Positions 12,421 to 26,510 of a stretch of 64,000 nt of DNA are shown in pieces; position 1 is the stretch's first letter, and each line of letters starts with the position of its first letter. A program made the translations under genes and the position numbers. The stretch is taken from positions 30,232,957-30,296,956 of the forward strand of contig JARFYF010000074.1 in NCBI GenBank assembly GCA_030265395.1. Reading direction: 5' to 3'. Origin of the DNA: Rhina ancylostomus (lineage: Eukaryota). Under the pieces are notes generated by a model, which saw only the letters and a program-made list of their open reading frames with translations, was not told where the DNA came from and did not search any database.

Positions 12421-12859
12421 TCCTGAAGCTTGGTAATGTCTTCTTCATTGTTTCTGGGTTTCATTATCATTTACAAACTTTAAAATTATATTCTGTGGAC
12501 TGTCCAGGTTAGTAACATCAATATGGGAACAGGACNNNNNNNNNNNNNNNNNNNNNNNNNNNNNNNNNNNNNNNNNNNNNNNNNNNNNNNNNNNNNNNNN
12601 NNNNNNNNNNNNNNNNNNNNNNNNNNNNNNNNNNNNNNNNNNNNNNNNNNNNNNNNNNNNNNNNNNNNNNNNNNNNNNNNNNNNNNNNNNNNNNNNNNNN
12701 NNNNNNNNNNNNNNNNNNNNNNNNNNNNNNNNNNNNNNNNNNNNNNNNNNNNNNNNNNNNNNNNNNNNNNNNNNNNNNNNNNNNNNNNNNNNNNNNNNNN
12801 NNNNNNNNNNNNNNNNNNNNNNNNNNNNNNNNTCCCCATTTAGTGGTACTTGAACATAT

Positions 12860-12975
12860 CTTTTCAGCTGTCGTAGATTTTCTTGCGCTGTGTCTTTTAA
12901 TGAGATCACTTCTCATTCTTTCAAACTGTGAGTGTTGGCCCAATCTAATCAATCTCTCATGGGATAAGCTAATGA
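12860..12975 (-). mobile_element. CR1 ORF2 C-terminal fragment
   Basis: SLSHERLIRLGQHSQFERMRSDLIK resembles LSYEERLxRLGLYSLExRRMRGDLIE. Confidence 0.7.
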
Positions 12976-13219
12976 ATCTAAGTGCCACTCTTGCCAAGGC
13001 ATGTAGAGCCTTGCAGAGAGCAGGGCTTTAAATTTATAAACCTTAATCACCTCATACAATGGATAAAAGCTTTTGAATGCAGAGATTTGTGGATTGCTGT
13101 ATTCATTGTGGGAATAAAGGATCAATGATGTTGGCGGTTGTACAAATGAGGGGAGAGAGCATGATAACGAGCTGGTCCTCTCATCTGCCTCCAAATCTCT
13201 CAGGAGGCTTGCCCTCCAT

Positions 13220-14530
13220 TAGTCATAGAGTTATGCAGTGCAGAAACAGGTCCTTTTATCCCACATTGACCATCACGTATGCCGCTATACTAGCCCCATT
13301 TTCCAGCACCTGACCTGTAGCCTTTTATGCCTTGGTGATTCAAGTGCTGCTTAAATGTTGTGAGACCCTATGCATTAACCTTGCACTTGAGCAACATGTT
13401 CCAGATTCCATCCACTATCTAGTTGGAAAAAATTCTTCTTTAAGTCCTCTCTAAACCTACTTCTCCTTACTGTAAATCTATGTTCTGTGAATTTAGGGGG
13501 ATAAATTCTTACTATCTATGCCCCTCAATCAGGCCCCCATCAGTCTCCTGTGCTTCAGGGAAAACAAACCCAGCCTGTGCCTTCTATCCTCATATCTGAA
13601 ACATTCCATCCCAGGCAACATCCTGGTGAATCTCCACTGCACACTCTCCAGTGATCACATCCTTCCTATGGTGTGATGACCAGTGCTCCATCTGTGGCTG
13701 AACCAGTGTTTTAATTGGTTTATTACTGAAACATGCGCTGAGTTAGTCAAAAAATTGATTTGCATTGCCATCCATACAGATCATATAAAACAGAGGTACA
13801 TCAAGATAGTAATAACAGAAGGTAAAATAGTGTTACAGTCACAGAAAAAGTGCAGTATAGGTAGACAATAAGGTGCAAGGGCCATGACGAGGTAGATTGC
13901 AAGATCTAGAGTTCATTTTTATCACACGAGGTCTGTTCAAGAGATAAGACTCTTATCTATGACAGAATAGAAGCTGTCTTGAGCCTGGTGGTATATGTTT
14001 TCAAGCTTTTGTACCTTCTGCCCGATGGAATCTCTTGCTTTGCTCCAGCTAATAATGGCAGGTGTCCCACATGCCTTGTTAACTACTTTATCTACTTGTG
14101 CTGCCACATTCAGGGATGCTTGGACTTGCATACCATAGTCTCTATTTTCCTCAATACTCACTAAGGCCCTGCATTTTTCTTGTCTTATTAGTCCTCATAA
14201 AATGCATCACTTCATACTAACCAGGATTAAATTCCACGTGCTATTGATTTGCCCATTTTACCAATGTGTCAATAGCATACCGTAGGCTAAGATTAGCCCC
14301 TTAACAACAACAACACCAATTTTATGTCACGTGAGAGGTTACTACTCGTATCTCCTCCATCATCATAAAACAAACAGTAAAGGTTCCAGTACTGATACCT
14401 GTAATTCACCACTGGTTACAGGCTTCCAATCATAAAAACAACTTTCCACCATCGTCCTCTGCCTCCTTTTACCAAGGCACTTTTGGATCCAATTTGTCAG
14501 CTTGCCCTAGATCCCATGGGCTCCAACCTT
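13220..14530 (-). mobile_element. CR1 LINE 3' part, interrupted by a Rex1/Babar fragment
   Basis: Tail at 13222 and 3' ORF2 to 13712. It resumes at 14030 with QVQASLNVAAQVDKVVNKACG and RT remnants. Confidence 0.85.
13715..14028 (-). mobile_element. Rex1/Babar-type LINE 3' end nested in CR1
   Basis: Minus strand PSGRRYKSLKTYTTRLK, then a 3' UTR ending aataaacc. Confidence 0.75.
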
Positions 14531-14824
14531 GTCACCCCTCAATAAAATTCAATATCTTTTATTAAATATATGCCTTTTGAGGATCCTGATTTAATGGGCA
14601 TTGCTCAGAGTCCTTGGGGTAGAACTCTGCCCCGTGTCACTAGCACTAAACGCACATATTAAGTGGGACTGCACATTATACAGGACTTGTATTCTGTTTT
14701 ATTTTAGTAATTCAGTTCTTTCATTGTTAATGCTGCTCTATTTTGTATGTGGCATCCACAACTGAGCACTCACTCCTTTTGCCACTTCTAGGAGTTTAGT
14801 TACAGCAGAAAGTGGTAATGTACT

Positions 14825-16160
14825 AGAGTCGTACAGCTTGGAAACAGGCCATTCAGCCCACCTCGTCCACCCCAACAGTGGGCACTCTTCCGTAATAATC
14901 CCGTCGCCAGCACTTGGTCCATATCTTTACCAAGCATTTCAACTGTCCATCTAGACACTTCTTAAAATAGTGTCAGCATCACAGCTTCAACCATTCTCTC
15001 AGGTAGTGCATTGCAGGTGCTTACCACTCTCTGGGTGAATAAGGACCCCCTCGTGTCCCCTCAGAGTCTCTTACCCCTCGTGTCCTCTCAGAGTCTCTTA
15101 CCCCTTACCCTAAATCTATGTCCTCTAGTTTTATTTAACACTGATATGGGGAAAAGTTTCCTGTAGTGCACCTATCTATACCCCTCATATACGTCAATGA
15201 TATCCCCCCTTTAACCTCCTCTGCTCCAGAGATTAAAGACCTAACTTCTCCAGTCTTTCCTCATAACTGAGCTACTCCATCCCAAGAAACATCCTGGTGA
15301 ATCTCTTGAATCCTTCCCAGCACTATCCCATGCTTTCTGTAGGATCGTGACCAGAACTGTATGCATTACTCCAGCTGGAGAGTGATCAAAGTTTTATAAA
15401 GTTGAACGTAACCTCCCTCTTTCTATGTTCAATGCCCCAACTAAAGAAGGCCTGTATCTTATTTGTCTTTCTAACCATGTTGTCTACCTGTGTTGCTACC
15501 TTCAAGGATCTATGGACTGGTACTCCCTCTGTTCTTCAATACTCCCAAAGAGTCTACCATCCATGGTATATGTCCTAGTCTCATTAGTGCTCCCAAAATG
15601 CATCACCTCACACTTGTCTGGATTAAATTCCATCTACCATTTTTCAGCTCATTTATCTAAAACATTGATAACTCTCTGCAGCCTAAGACTGTCTTCCATA
15701 CAATCAATGACTCTGCCAATCTTCAAGTCATCCACAAGCTTGCTGATCTTGCCTCCCACATCCACATCCTTTACGTATATTGCAAATAAGGGTCCCAGCA
15801 CCAACCTTCGTGGGACATTAGTAGTCACGGGCATCCAATGTCAAAAACAACCCTCCACCATCACACACTGTCCCCTATTGCCAAGTCAATTTTGGATACA
15901 ATTTGTCAACTTACTCTGAATCCCATGGGACCTCAACCTTTTGAGCCAGTCTCCCATATGTGACCTTGTCAAAGTCCACGTAACTCACATCTACTACCCC
16001 ACCCTCATCAATACACTTTGCCTCTTCAAAGAATTCAGTCAAATTGGTGAGACAGGATCTGCCCTTGACAAAGCCATATTAGTGGTCTCTTAGTCCCTGT
16101 TTTTCCAAGTGATCATTAATCCTCTCCCTCAGAATTTTTTCCAGCATCTATTCTATGACT
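14825..16160 (-). mobile_element. CR1 LINE, RT domain to 3' tail
   Basis: VTTNVPRRLVLGPLFAIYVKDVDVGGKISKLVDDLKIG (decayed GVPQGSVLGPLLF...FADD). Tail at 14825. Confidence 0.9.
15047..15105. repeat. 27-bp tandem duplication within CR1
   Basis: cccctcgtgtccYctcagagtctctta occurs twice with one mismatch. Confidence 0.9.
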
Positions 16161-18085
16161 TGTTAAGATCACAGGTCCATAGTTACTAGAGTTGTTCTTT
16201 GTTTAGTTGTGCCTTATCAAATTATCATTGCTGCAGAGGTTGACTAAGTGGTTTAATTGATATCTAATGCTTAATGAACCCCTCCCCCCCAAAAAAAATA
16301 CTACTCATCCTGCTTGCCAACAAGCCACGCTTATGCCTTCGGCTGTGCCTCAACAGAAATACAAAAGAAATGACACACAGTTGCATTTTGTTGGGGGGAA
16401 ACAAAGCCAAAAATTGGAGAAAATGTTAATGAACTAGCTTACAAGATTTTGTAAATCCAATAATCTCTCTAAATTTTTGAAATAGCTTTAGTTAGTTTCT
16501 CAGGCTGCCCCAAGAGATTTCACTGGGTGGATCTATTAGCTACCAGGTGAACTTGCACCTCTTCTTTTAAAATTACCTCACAATACTAATGTCATCATGG
16601 AAAGACAGTTTGCACTCATTTGCTAACTGTTGCTAAAGACAGGTGATTTCAATATCTCCAATTAGGAATAATTGTGCCTCTAGATAACACAGCTAACTAC
16701 TATTAATTCAGTTTTAAAGTCTGTTCAGTGGAACAATGTAATGCTGCACTTGAAGCTTGCAGAATGTTTTTAAGAGGACAGCAAATTCATAGCAAGGTAC
16801 TAAATTAATTTGTTTTAAGATGATCTCAGTTGACCTTTCTGGTTTTGTATCCAAATGACTCGATAATTGTTTTGTAACCAGCTGCTTCCCAGCTATTAAA
16901 TGTAGCAGTTCTCATTTCAGTCATATATTGAGTTTTGGATGTTTTATGCTATACATCAAAATAAATATTCAAGTTTACAGTAAGTTAAGGGTTAACTTTT
17001 CATTTAAATATTTGTTTGGGGTCTCCAGCATAAATGAATTGTTAGCATGTTATTCTGGGCCAGATTCAATGGCTGTTAATCACAGATGTCCAAAAACTGT
17101 TGTGTGAGATGTGTCACTCTTCTGCTAGCTTTGCAGAAAACAGCAACTATGTCTGAGTCACTGTTGAAATGCATTTAACATTGCTGTAATTAAACAGTAG
17201 ATACAGACCAAACTACATCTAATTCTGTATTGACAGACCATAATTTGCTGTAATCTGTCATCTAACAGTGTTTGCCATTAGCCAGATTTGTTTGCATGTT
17301 TCAGTTATTAAATTTTTGATATAGTGAGCTATTGAAAGTGTACCTACTGCTAGAGCAACAGCTAAGGCACAGAACATCTGTGCCTAGAAATTCTAGAGTG
17401 GCCATGGATGATTTAGATAAGGGTGGCCTGAAGTCCGAGTTGCAGCATACCAGGTGCTGCATGGTTTTGGGTTGAGAGTGAAGAGATGAGGAGGGATTGG
17501 GAGCAGAGGCTGGCATATTGTGGGTGAAGGTTGTGGAAGTTGGGAGCAGTGGGGTTGGGTTGGAGGCCGCATAATTGTGGGGGATTGTATGTTGTAAAAT
17601 TGTTGTGAGGTAGGGGTAGGATCAGTGCCAGCAGCAAAATGAGTAGAATCGTTGGGCCATTTGGGGGGAAAGGGGAAGTGTAGATCTGGTGGGACACTGA
17701 GGGTGGAGAAGGGCCCAAGGATGTAAGTAAATAATTACCTGCATTCCTACCAGGAAGGCACCATGGGAGAAGACCATGTAGCCCAAGGAGTGACTGGCAC
17801 AACCCTTGTCCAAGTTCCTCCGTGCTGCTCCAAATGGATAATCACGTATGATCCTGATGAGAAAATTAAATTGGGCTCAAAAGGTTGATTTGTGACAGGT
17901 TATGCTCAGCTGAATTTTCAAAGCGATATAAAATTACCAGACATAGATCACCCTGAAAGAAAGTTGCATTTAAAAAAAATTGAAATTCCAGCTGCTAGAA
18001 GCCCAATGAATTGGCCAAGAACTGGGTTAGAAATTTGGATTCTGTTGCATGTGCACAATATATGTATGTGCACATTGTACTGTGC

Positions 18086-19390
18086 TTACCATAAAACAAC
18101 ACAGGCCCTTCGGCCCACCATGTTGTGCAGATCTTTAAACCATGCCTAAGACTATCTAACCCCTTCCTCCCACATATCCCCCTATTTTAAATTCCTCCAT
18201 ATGCTTATCNNNNNNNNNNNNNNNNNNNNNNNNNNNNNNNNNNNNNNNNNNNNNNNNNNNNNNNNNNNNNNNNNNNNNNNNNNNNNNNNNNNNNNNNNNN
18301 NNNNNNNNNTATAGCCTCATAATTTGCCTTTCCCCAATTAAATAACTTCACATCCTCTTGGCTCCTATCCTGGTCCATGACAATGCTAAAGGTTAGGGAG
18401 CGGTGGTCGCTGTCCCCCAAATGCTCACCCATTGATAGATCGGTCACCTGACCCGGTTCATTACCTAATACTAGATCTAATATGGCATTCCCTCTAGTCG
18501 GCCTGTTAACATACTGTGACAGAAATCTGTCCTGGACACTCTAAACAAACTCTGCCCCTTCTAGACTTTTGGTACTAAGCAGGTGCCAATCAATATTTGG
18601 GAAGTTGAAGTCTCCCATGATAACAACCTTGTTATTCTTGCACCTTTCCAAAATCTGCCTCCCAATCTGCTCCTCAGTCTCCCTGCTGCTTCCAGGGGGC
18701 CTATGGAATACTCCCAGTAGACTAGCTGCTCTTTATTGTTCCTAACTTCCACCGATACTGACTCTAGAGAGGATCCTTCTACATTATCCACCCTTTCTGC
18801 AGCTGTAATAATATCCCTGACCAGTAATGCCATCCCTCCTCCTCTTCTTCCCCCCCCCCACCCCCTATCCCTTTCAAAACACTGAAATCCAGGATTATTC
18901 AACATCCATTCCTGCCCTGGTGACAGCCAAGTCTCTGCAAGAGCCACAAGATCATAGTCCCATGTACTTATCCAAGCTCTCAGTTCATCACCCTCATGCC
19001 TGATACTTCTTGCATTTAAGTAAATGTACTTTATCCCATCCACCTTTCTACTTTTATACCCTGTACTCTGCTTCCCCTTCCTCAAAGCCTCTCTATGTGT
19101 TAGATCTGACTTTTCCACATCCACTTCTTCCTCTGACCTACACCCCCTGCGTCCCATCCCCCCCATAAACTAGTTTAAACCCTCCTGAACCACCCTAGCA
19201 AACCTGCCTGCAAGGATATTGGCCCCCCCTTGGGTTCAGGTGTAACCTGTCCTTTCTGTACAGGTCCCACCTTCCCCAGAAGAGATCCCAATGGTCCAAA
19301 AATCAAAAACATTCCCTCCTGCACCAACCCTCAGCCATGCATACACTTGTCATCTCCTCCTATTCTTACCTTCACTATCATGTGGCACTG
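18086..19390 (-). mobile_element. Long, relatively young CR1 LINE: ORF1 esterase C-terminus, ORF2 endonuclease, gap, 3' tail
   Basis: 19390-19169 gives FLDHWDLFWGRWDLYRKDRLHLN..ANILAGRFARVVQEGLN*. ORF 18561-19166 gives YLNARSIRHEGDELRAWISTWDYDLVALAETWL. ORF 18205-18447 gives HLGDSDHRSLTF. The tail is at 18086-18209 beyond a 100-N gap. Confidence 0.92.
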
Positions 19391-22300
19391 GCAGCTTCCA
19401 AAATGTTGTTCCATGGAACCCAATGGGTCTGTCTTTCAGCAGCAGAGTGCAACTGCACACACCATTTTAATTCTGTACATGATCATATTGTCTATAGGAG
19501 GGTTTGTTTGCTTTGATCGACTGTGTGTATTGCATGGTGTCATTTGATAGATTGTTGCACCAACCCCTGCTGTTAGTTGAGTTGATTGTTTTCAATAAAG
19601 GATATTTTGTTGGTAACTTGACCCCTGTCAGTAAACAGAAAAACCAAAGAGCCTGTAAACACCATAAACTTCAGTCACTCTTTCTCAATAAATAATCACA
19701 TTGAGATGTTGTGTGATTAGAAGAGAAATTGTGCAGGAAGCATTAATTGGATTGGGAAAGGCAATGTTAAATCAGGTACAAAAATAAAAATTGGTTTGAG
19801 AGAGAATTATACATTTGTGTATATAGGCCACATGACCACTCATTCATGCAAAAACAAGCCTTTACAAGAAGATCTACTCCTGTGAAATGTAGAAGGGGGA
19901 TCTACCTCTGGATTCTCTCACAGATAGATCCCCTTTTGAGAATATAACAAACTTGTATCATTACCACCTCCTCATGGTGTTCTTCAGAACTACTTCCAAA
20001 CCACAGCCCAGTGGCTTCATTGTCAATCTCCTGTATCCTGCCACAAAACCATTAGCCAGTTGTGACCACACAAAATTTGCCACTTTCTGCACCAGAGTGT
20101 TGAGCGTAGATATGTGGGCTCTGTGCATTCTGTACACCCAGTTGCATTACACAGATTCAAAAGTAAGATGCACATGGATTTGCATGTGACAACCAACTAG
20201 TGGCTCCATAGGTCAGCACAATCCAGCTATTTGAATAATACATAAAAATGGGTGTATGGAAACCTGTATAAATCTCCTTTTACATTAGTCATTGCCAGTG
20301 TCACTGGATGATTTGTATTGTGCTGCTGATTTTGGCTAAGGCTGTGCTTGAATTGGATTCAATGAGCTTAAGTTCACAAGGGTGAAATCACTAACAATTA
20401 TTATTCCTGATCACTATCTAATGATCCCTAGATCAAAAGGAGGGTCATGCAGTCAAATGACCTGCTCTGATTTATAGCCTGACATATAGTGATGACTGGG
20501 GCAAGATACAGAAAGGTAACTGGAACTTGCAGAATGACATCCTATTAAGAACTCAAGATCTTCAGGAAGGCAGCAGAGGAAAGTGTCATGGAAAATAAAG
20601 TCAGCAGTGGTGGATGTTGTATCCATTAACTTGGCTTAGACCTATACTTAACTGCAGTAGTTTGCATCGAATGTGCATGTTGTCGTAAGCTCCTTTGAAC
20701 TGTGGGGGAATCTCATTGTCCGCATTGTATTCAACAGATTGATCACCTTTTAACAAAATGTCTGTTTTTCATGTGTGAATGAGGACACTGAGTCCACGAT
20801 TTTCTATCTTGGAAAAACTTCTGGTGTATCTTTGGTGGCAGGAGTTCTCCTTAGTCTGTTGACCTGACCCTGGTTGTTGGCATCTAGATGTTTTTTTTCT
20901 GCATTGGGGATCCTGTCTCAGGAACAATCATTGCTCACAACTAATTGACCAAATTCGCTGCAGAGCATTTAAAATGCACCTCTTCCTGCCTCCTAGCTGG
21001 CTAAAGTATTTTTCAGACACCCATGTCTTTTCAATAATCCTGTCCACATTTCAGCAGATTTATTCAATTTCCCCATCCTTTACCATGGAAATTGTAATGA
21101 TTATTGGGAGAATGTAGAGTAGAACTATAAGAATATTTTGCCTCCTTCCTGAAGTTCTGCTCTGCAGCCAGAAGCTGGTGTGAGTGGGCTATTTGAGCAC
21201 AGGAGGCACATAGTTGGACCTGATCCCGCTTTCACCCAACAACTACATGCTCAGCATGTCCTGAAGATTGTGGTCAGATTCCTGCTCCTACCTTTCCTGA
21301 ACATGTTCAAGCCAGTTGTGGTATTTCTGGTATCATTCTGTTGAGTCCAGTGAGTAAAATACAAACCAAGATTTGAATCTTGATCTTTCTGATGTTCTGT
21401 TTAACAACACAGCAATCCGCTCAACATGCCTTCGATGTTCTCACCTACCTTAAAATGTTCCTAATTCCATGGTTGCTGATAAATGAAATAAGTCTTTTGA
21501 CTATCTACACAGTATAGATGGTCAAAATAACTAAATTCATCAGCCTTCAACCCTTCGAATTTAAGCTGTCAGATTACAAAATTGTCTTGAACATTAACTT
21601 CAAAATTGATAACTGAGATCAATCAGGGTGATTAGCCAAGGATTTGTGCCTAGAATCAATTGTTATTATAATTCAGAAAATATTTAGCAACTGTTTGGTA
21701 ATGGAATTATTATTGATTTTTAGTTAGAACAGAGACCTTTTCCTTGGGGGTAAAATCAAATTGCAGTTTTCTTGGATGTAAATAATTAGAGGAATTGTGG
21801 AAAGATGCTTGTCATTTTCTCGTGACCCACAACTATTAAATACATTTCCTCCTGGGGAGCTTATTCAAGGTTGTAATGAGGCCAGCACTTGTACTTTCAT
21901 ATTTATAACAAATGGAACTTTTTCCAACATGAACTACTTCTGGATTCAATAGCAGAAAGTGCTATCAAATGTCACAATGAAAGTCAAGGACTTGCTTTAA
22001 CTTGGCTAGGAACTGGNNNNNNNNNNNNNNNNNNNNNNNNNNNNNNNNNNNNNNNNNNNNNNNNNNNNNNNNNNNNNNNNNNNNNNNNNNNNNNNNNNNN
22101 NNNNNNNNNNNNNNNNTTTATTTCTTGTTGTGGCTCCAAAGTTCAATTGAATGACAGATTTCAGGTCTGGATGTGTGGAGAGTAAGGAAAAAATCCATTT
22201 GGGGTTGTGAAGGGAGCCCAATTGAGGCTGCTGTTCGTGCTCCATGTCACTTTGCCAGCCTCGGGCTCCTCCAGAAACTGGAAGGCATTACTAAGTGATT

Positions 22301-23249
22301 GTATCTGTGTTTTTTCGACAGCTGCTGTCATGTTTAGTATAATACTTGTATTGATTAAAGAAAAACAGAAGACATATGGAGCCTTTTGTGTTGTATCACA
22401 GCTCTCCCATTCCTCCCGCCCCCAAGCACCTGCTTCAAGAGAGCTTTAAATAAGGAAAGCCTTTTTTTGCCATTTACATTTGCAGGAGCCCAAAAAGACT
22501 GAAGGACAAATGAGCTTTGATCTGTATTTAAAGATTCCTAATGTTACTGGGAATCACTGATGATTGAAAACTTCACTCAAATCATTTGATAAACTGGGCC
22601 CAGGAGAAATAATGCTACCTCGCTTTTCTTTTAACTTCTATCTTATAACCATTTTTTTCCACCAGTACTTTCTTTTCCTCTCTTTACACTCCTACTCCAC
22701 TCATACAATTTGCTTGGAGGTTGTATCACTTTATTCTGAATGAGGCATAGATTAGAATTAGAAAATCTCTGTGTTTTAATGAATCTTTTTAAATCACGCT
22801 TGCCAAAGAATGCCTGAGGCTTGTAGGCTAAGGCCAACTTTAATCAACAATGAGTGAACTGACATCAACGAAGATGGTTTTAGAAGCTTTGCTTTAGACT
22901 AACCAGGATTTGCACCTGTTTTCAGTGCGGGTGTCCTTGCTTCATGATTTGATGGTTCATGAAATCTGAATGAAGCTGAGCTGCAGTGCTCTTCATAGTA
23001 AAGCAACCAAAGTGGCCATTAGACAGTCAGTGAGTGTGTGCAGGGGTGGGGGGCAGAAAGAGGCGAAAGGGAAGTAATGGTGGAAAGAAAGTTTATAAGA
23101 AAGAAGTTAAACGAAAAACAAGGTAACATTATTTCTCCTGGGACCAGTTTATCAAATGGTTTGAGTGAAGTTTTCAACTAACAGTGATACCCAATAACAT
23201 TAGGAATCCTCAAATACAAATTAAAGCTCATTTGTCCTTCAGTCTTTTA

Positions 23250-23640
23250 AGACCATGCCATAAGACCATAAGACATAAGAGTAGAATTAGGCCATTGGCC
23301 CATCGAGTCTGCTCTGCCATTCAATCATGGCTGATTTATTTTTCCCTCTCAACCCCATTCTCTTGCCTTCTCTCTGTGACAGGGAGAACTTTTGACACCC
23401 TTACTAATCAAGAACCTATCAACCTCCACTTTAAATATACCCAATGACTTGGCCTCCACAGCTGTCTGTGGCAATGAATTCCACAGATTCACCACCTTTC
23501 TGGCTAAAGAAGTTCCTCCTCCTCTCTGTTCTAATGGGATGCCCTTCTATTTCTGAGGCTGTGCCCTTTGGTCCTGGGCTCTCCCACTGCTGGAAACATC
23601 TCTACCTCCACTTTATCCAGGCCTTTAAATATTTGGTAGG
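23250..23640 (-). mobile_element. CR1 LINE 3' end
   Basis: (ccataaga)n tail and reverse-complement RRNFFSQKGGESVEF (frameshifted VVNLWNSLP). Same subfamily as 40537-41151. Confidence 0.9.
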
Positions 23641-23649
23641 TTGCCTGCA

Positions 23650-23835
23650 TTAGGTTCATATTCCTCTATTCCTTTCCTATCCCTGTCCAAATGCCTTTTT
23701 AAATATTGTAATTGTATCTACTACCTGTTTTGATAGCTCATTCCATATATATCTAACGTCCTTTGTATGGAAAAACTTGCCTCTTGGATCTCCTTGAAAT
23801 TTCTCCCCTTTTGCTTTTAACCTATGCCCTATAAT
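23650..23835 (-). mobile_element. Older CR1 3' fragment
   Basis: tccaaatgcctttttaaatattgtaattgta...aaatttctcccct...aacctatgccct mirrors 1270-1420. Confidence 0.65.
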
Positions 23836-26061
23836 TGTCAGACATTGGACCATTTAATTAAAAAGATTCACCTTTTGTCAGTAAATTGCACTGGCTCTGG
23901 ACATTGAACAGGCTTAATGGGGCAAATTGGCTTTTACTGTTCCAAGCAGATGCCTTCCCCAACATGGAATTTCACGACTCATTGGGCACAGTTACTGCTG
24001 TAGCTGCCCAGGTTGGAAGGTAGCTAGACTGATGGAGTTGGTCACTGCACACCTAGCTAGTGACCTTCCAACCTTCTACTCACTGGCCCCTCACCTGGTC
24101 ACTGAGGGCAAAGATCCTCTTGACCTTTGTTGGGGTGGGGGGAATCACCACTCGTGTAGTGAGCCAGTCTCTACAAGTGATAGAATCTGGCAGGAGTTAA
24201 TGGGAATGTGGGGAAAACAAAATGGTATAAAAGAGGTGTCAATGATTAGCATGATCTCAGTGGGCCAAGGGACCTGCCTCCGTGCTATATGAAGGAATGG
24301 GTTGTCCATCTTTGTCTGGAACCAAGGATGGGAGGGGTGGGGGCAGAGAGGACGACTACATTTAATTATTTGACATTATGGTTCGAGTAACAGAAGAGCA
24401 GAATCCAAAATCTGGGGAGTGCATGCACCAAACAAAAACTGTGTGTGTTTGTTCAGCATTCAGCAAGTGAAATAAGCAGTGCCCTCTGCTCCTTTCCACT
24501 TATCAGGCATTCCTGTGGTAGATGGAATCGATCCAAACCTTGGGGGTGGGGGGCAGTGGATGGATGGAGTGGAAAACAGGGTGACTTTGTTAACAGGCAT
24601 CAGGCCTCTTTTTCCCTATCCTGACTACTTTTGATCACTAGGCAGCCCTTTGCTAACTCGTAGCGTAATACAGAGCTCATTTCTCACCTTAAGACCACTA
24701 ACTGCGAAGAACTCCTGCCACACTTGTACTGATATCCTCTGGTCTACTATGCCCATTATATTGTGGTGATTTCACATCATTCTGATCATTCAGGCTACTG
24801 TTAGATTTGCTGTTATTCTAAAAATGTCATTAGGATGTGACAAGAGTACTTAATTTGGTCAGTCTTTTCCAGGACTGGGAGTCCTTCCAAGTCTGAATGA
24901 CAGGAAATAGCAGTGCAGGGCAAGAATGTGGTGCGTGCGCTCTGTCCCCTTCCCTCACATCCACCTGCATTGTCCCAGTAGGTGGTGAGTGGGTGGTGTA
25001 TGCTGGCTGTTAAATTTCATGCCTTCAACATTCACACCCACCTTAAGATATTCCTAATTCCTTCGTTGCTGAAAACTGAAACTAATCTTTTGAATATGCT
25101 TGCGGCTTGTTATGACAAGTCTGCCCACTCAATTTAACTGCTCATCTTCCATCACACAATACTTAATTTAAAGATCCTTTGTGAAATCAGCTTTGTCCCC
25201 CTGCAGTTAATGGTCGTTTGCCCTCAGACTATGACTATCTTTGCCTCTTAACAAGGTATGAAGTCCAGAGCAAAGAACTTGCTTCAGGATACATTTGGTG
25301 GAAGATATAGTGAAGAGAGTGACACAACTGGGCCAGTTAATCAAAAAGTGGGCCTCCGGTGCTTTGCTTCTAGTCTTTCTTTCAATGCCTTGGTCTTTCC
25401 ATCTCAGTTTGTCAGCATATGTGCAGCTGCCTCCCTTCCATTTTTTTCTGTGTTAGGGGAGCCTGCCTTCGGACCAAAATTAATGAGTCTTATTGGAAGA
25501 TGGCTCCATTGAACAGAAAACCCAACTGTATATTGGGGGTGGGGTGGGGGAAGGAAATGGCAGATAGGCAGAAGCAGTAAAATATCAAACTAGAAGAAGA
25601 AAGAGAAATACTGATTTCTATGTTAGGCTTAGTGGATCAATGATGAACCCATGGGCAGGCTTGCATGATTAATTTGCTTTCTTATGAGTGTGAACTGTTT
25701 TGTCAAAGCATTTAGAAAGATTTTTAATTTTGGCAATGGATTCAACAATCTGATGTTTGCTTTCTGTGAAGCAGAAATAAAATTATCAACATTTCAGTTT
25801 ACCGTATTTATCAATTTAAGTGCATGGCAATCTAAAAGACCATTTTACTTGAGGCCATTCATTGGAAGTGGTAATATGTTGCTAGTTTAAAATATACACA
25901 TAACCATCTATCACTTTAAGAATGATTTGCATCTCTGTTGACTTTCAACCTAGTCCAATGGTAATTAATCAGATTGGAAGACCAAACCATAAAGCATCGA
26001 AAAATGTCTTTATTCTGAATTAACCGCAAAATCTAATGATAGAAAATTGCTTTATCATTAA

Positions 26062-26095
26062 TGTGTGTGTGTATGTGTATATATATATATATATA
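26062..26095. repeat. (TG)n(TA)n compound microsatellite
   Basis: Read directly from the sequence. Confidence 0.9.
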
Positions 26096-26510
26096 TTTTT
26101 TTTTACATACAGCTTTGANNNNNNNNNNNNNNNNNNNNATTGAATTTATAAAATTTTGTTTAAAAAAAATTCTCTTCTATTTCCCACCCCACCCCCCCCC
26201 CCCCACCAAGTCCAGGAATTCAGAAACAAATGAGGTTTTGAATTCTGCAGAAATGGTCAGTGCTGAATAGACACAAATTTAAAGGGGAGTTGTGGATTAT
26301 TTTTAATCCAGTTTGCTGTTGTGGTTTGGAGTACATTGCATGGACTGTTTGTGGAAGAAGCTTCAGCTGGAATTTTGAAATTGCATAAACACTCAAAGGA
26401 TTAATTTGTAGATCTATGGAGCAAGGGCAGGGGAGGGTAATGAACTGTACAACTCTTTCAAAGAGCTGATATAAGAGGTCATTCAGACCACCATATAGTA
26501 TAATTCCATC

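Noticed and set aside
12445-12997. Long ORFs spanning N runs (also near 22.0, 32.2, 39.9, 40.8, 48.0, 59.0 and 61.7 kb)
   Set aside because: Their length is an artefact of translating through Ns.
17400-17810. 129-aa proline-rich minus-strand ORF, or PLE fragment
   Set aside because: This is a G-rich compositionally biased tract (similar bias at 38880-39170) with no motif I can assign.
17854-17864. CTGATGA-GAAA as a hammerhead
   Set aside because: There is no stem II between the core boxes and no PLE context. The CTGATGA hits near 33163 and 33409 lack the stem-GAAA arrangement.
20300-21420. Probable very old SINE fragments (also 14540-14800, 24180-24300, 26200-26510 and 27650-28390)
   Set aside because: They look repeat-derived but are too diverged to assign a family or boundaries by eye.
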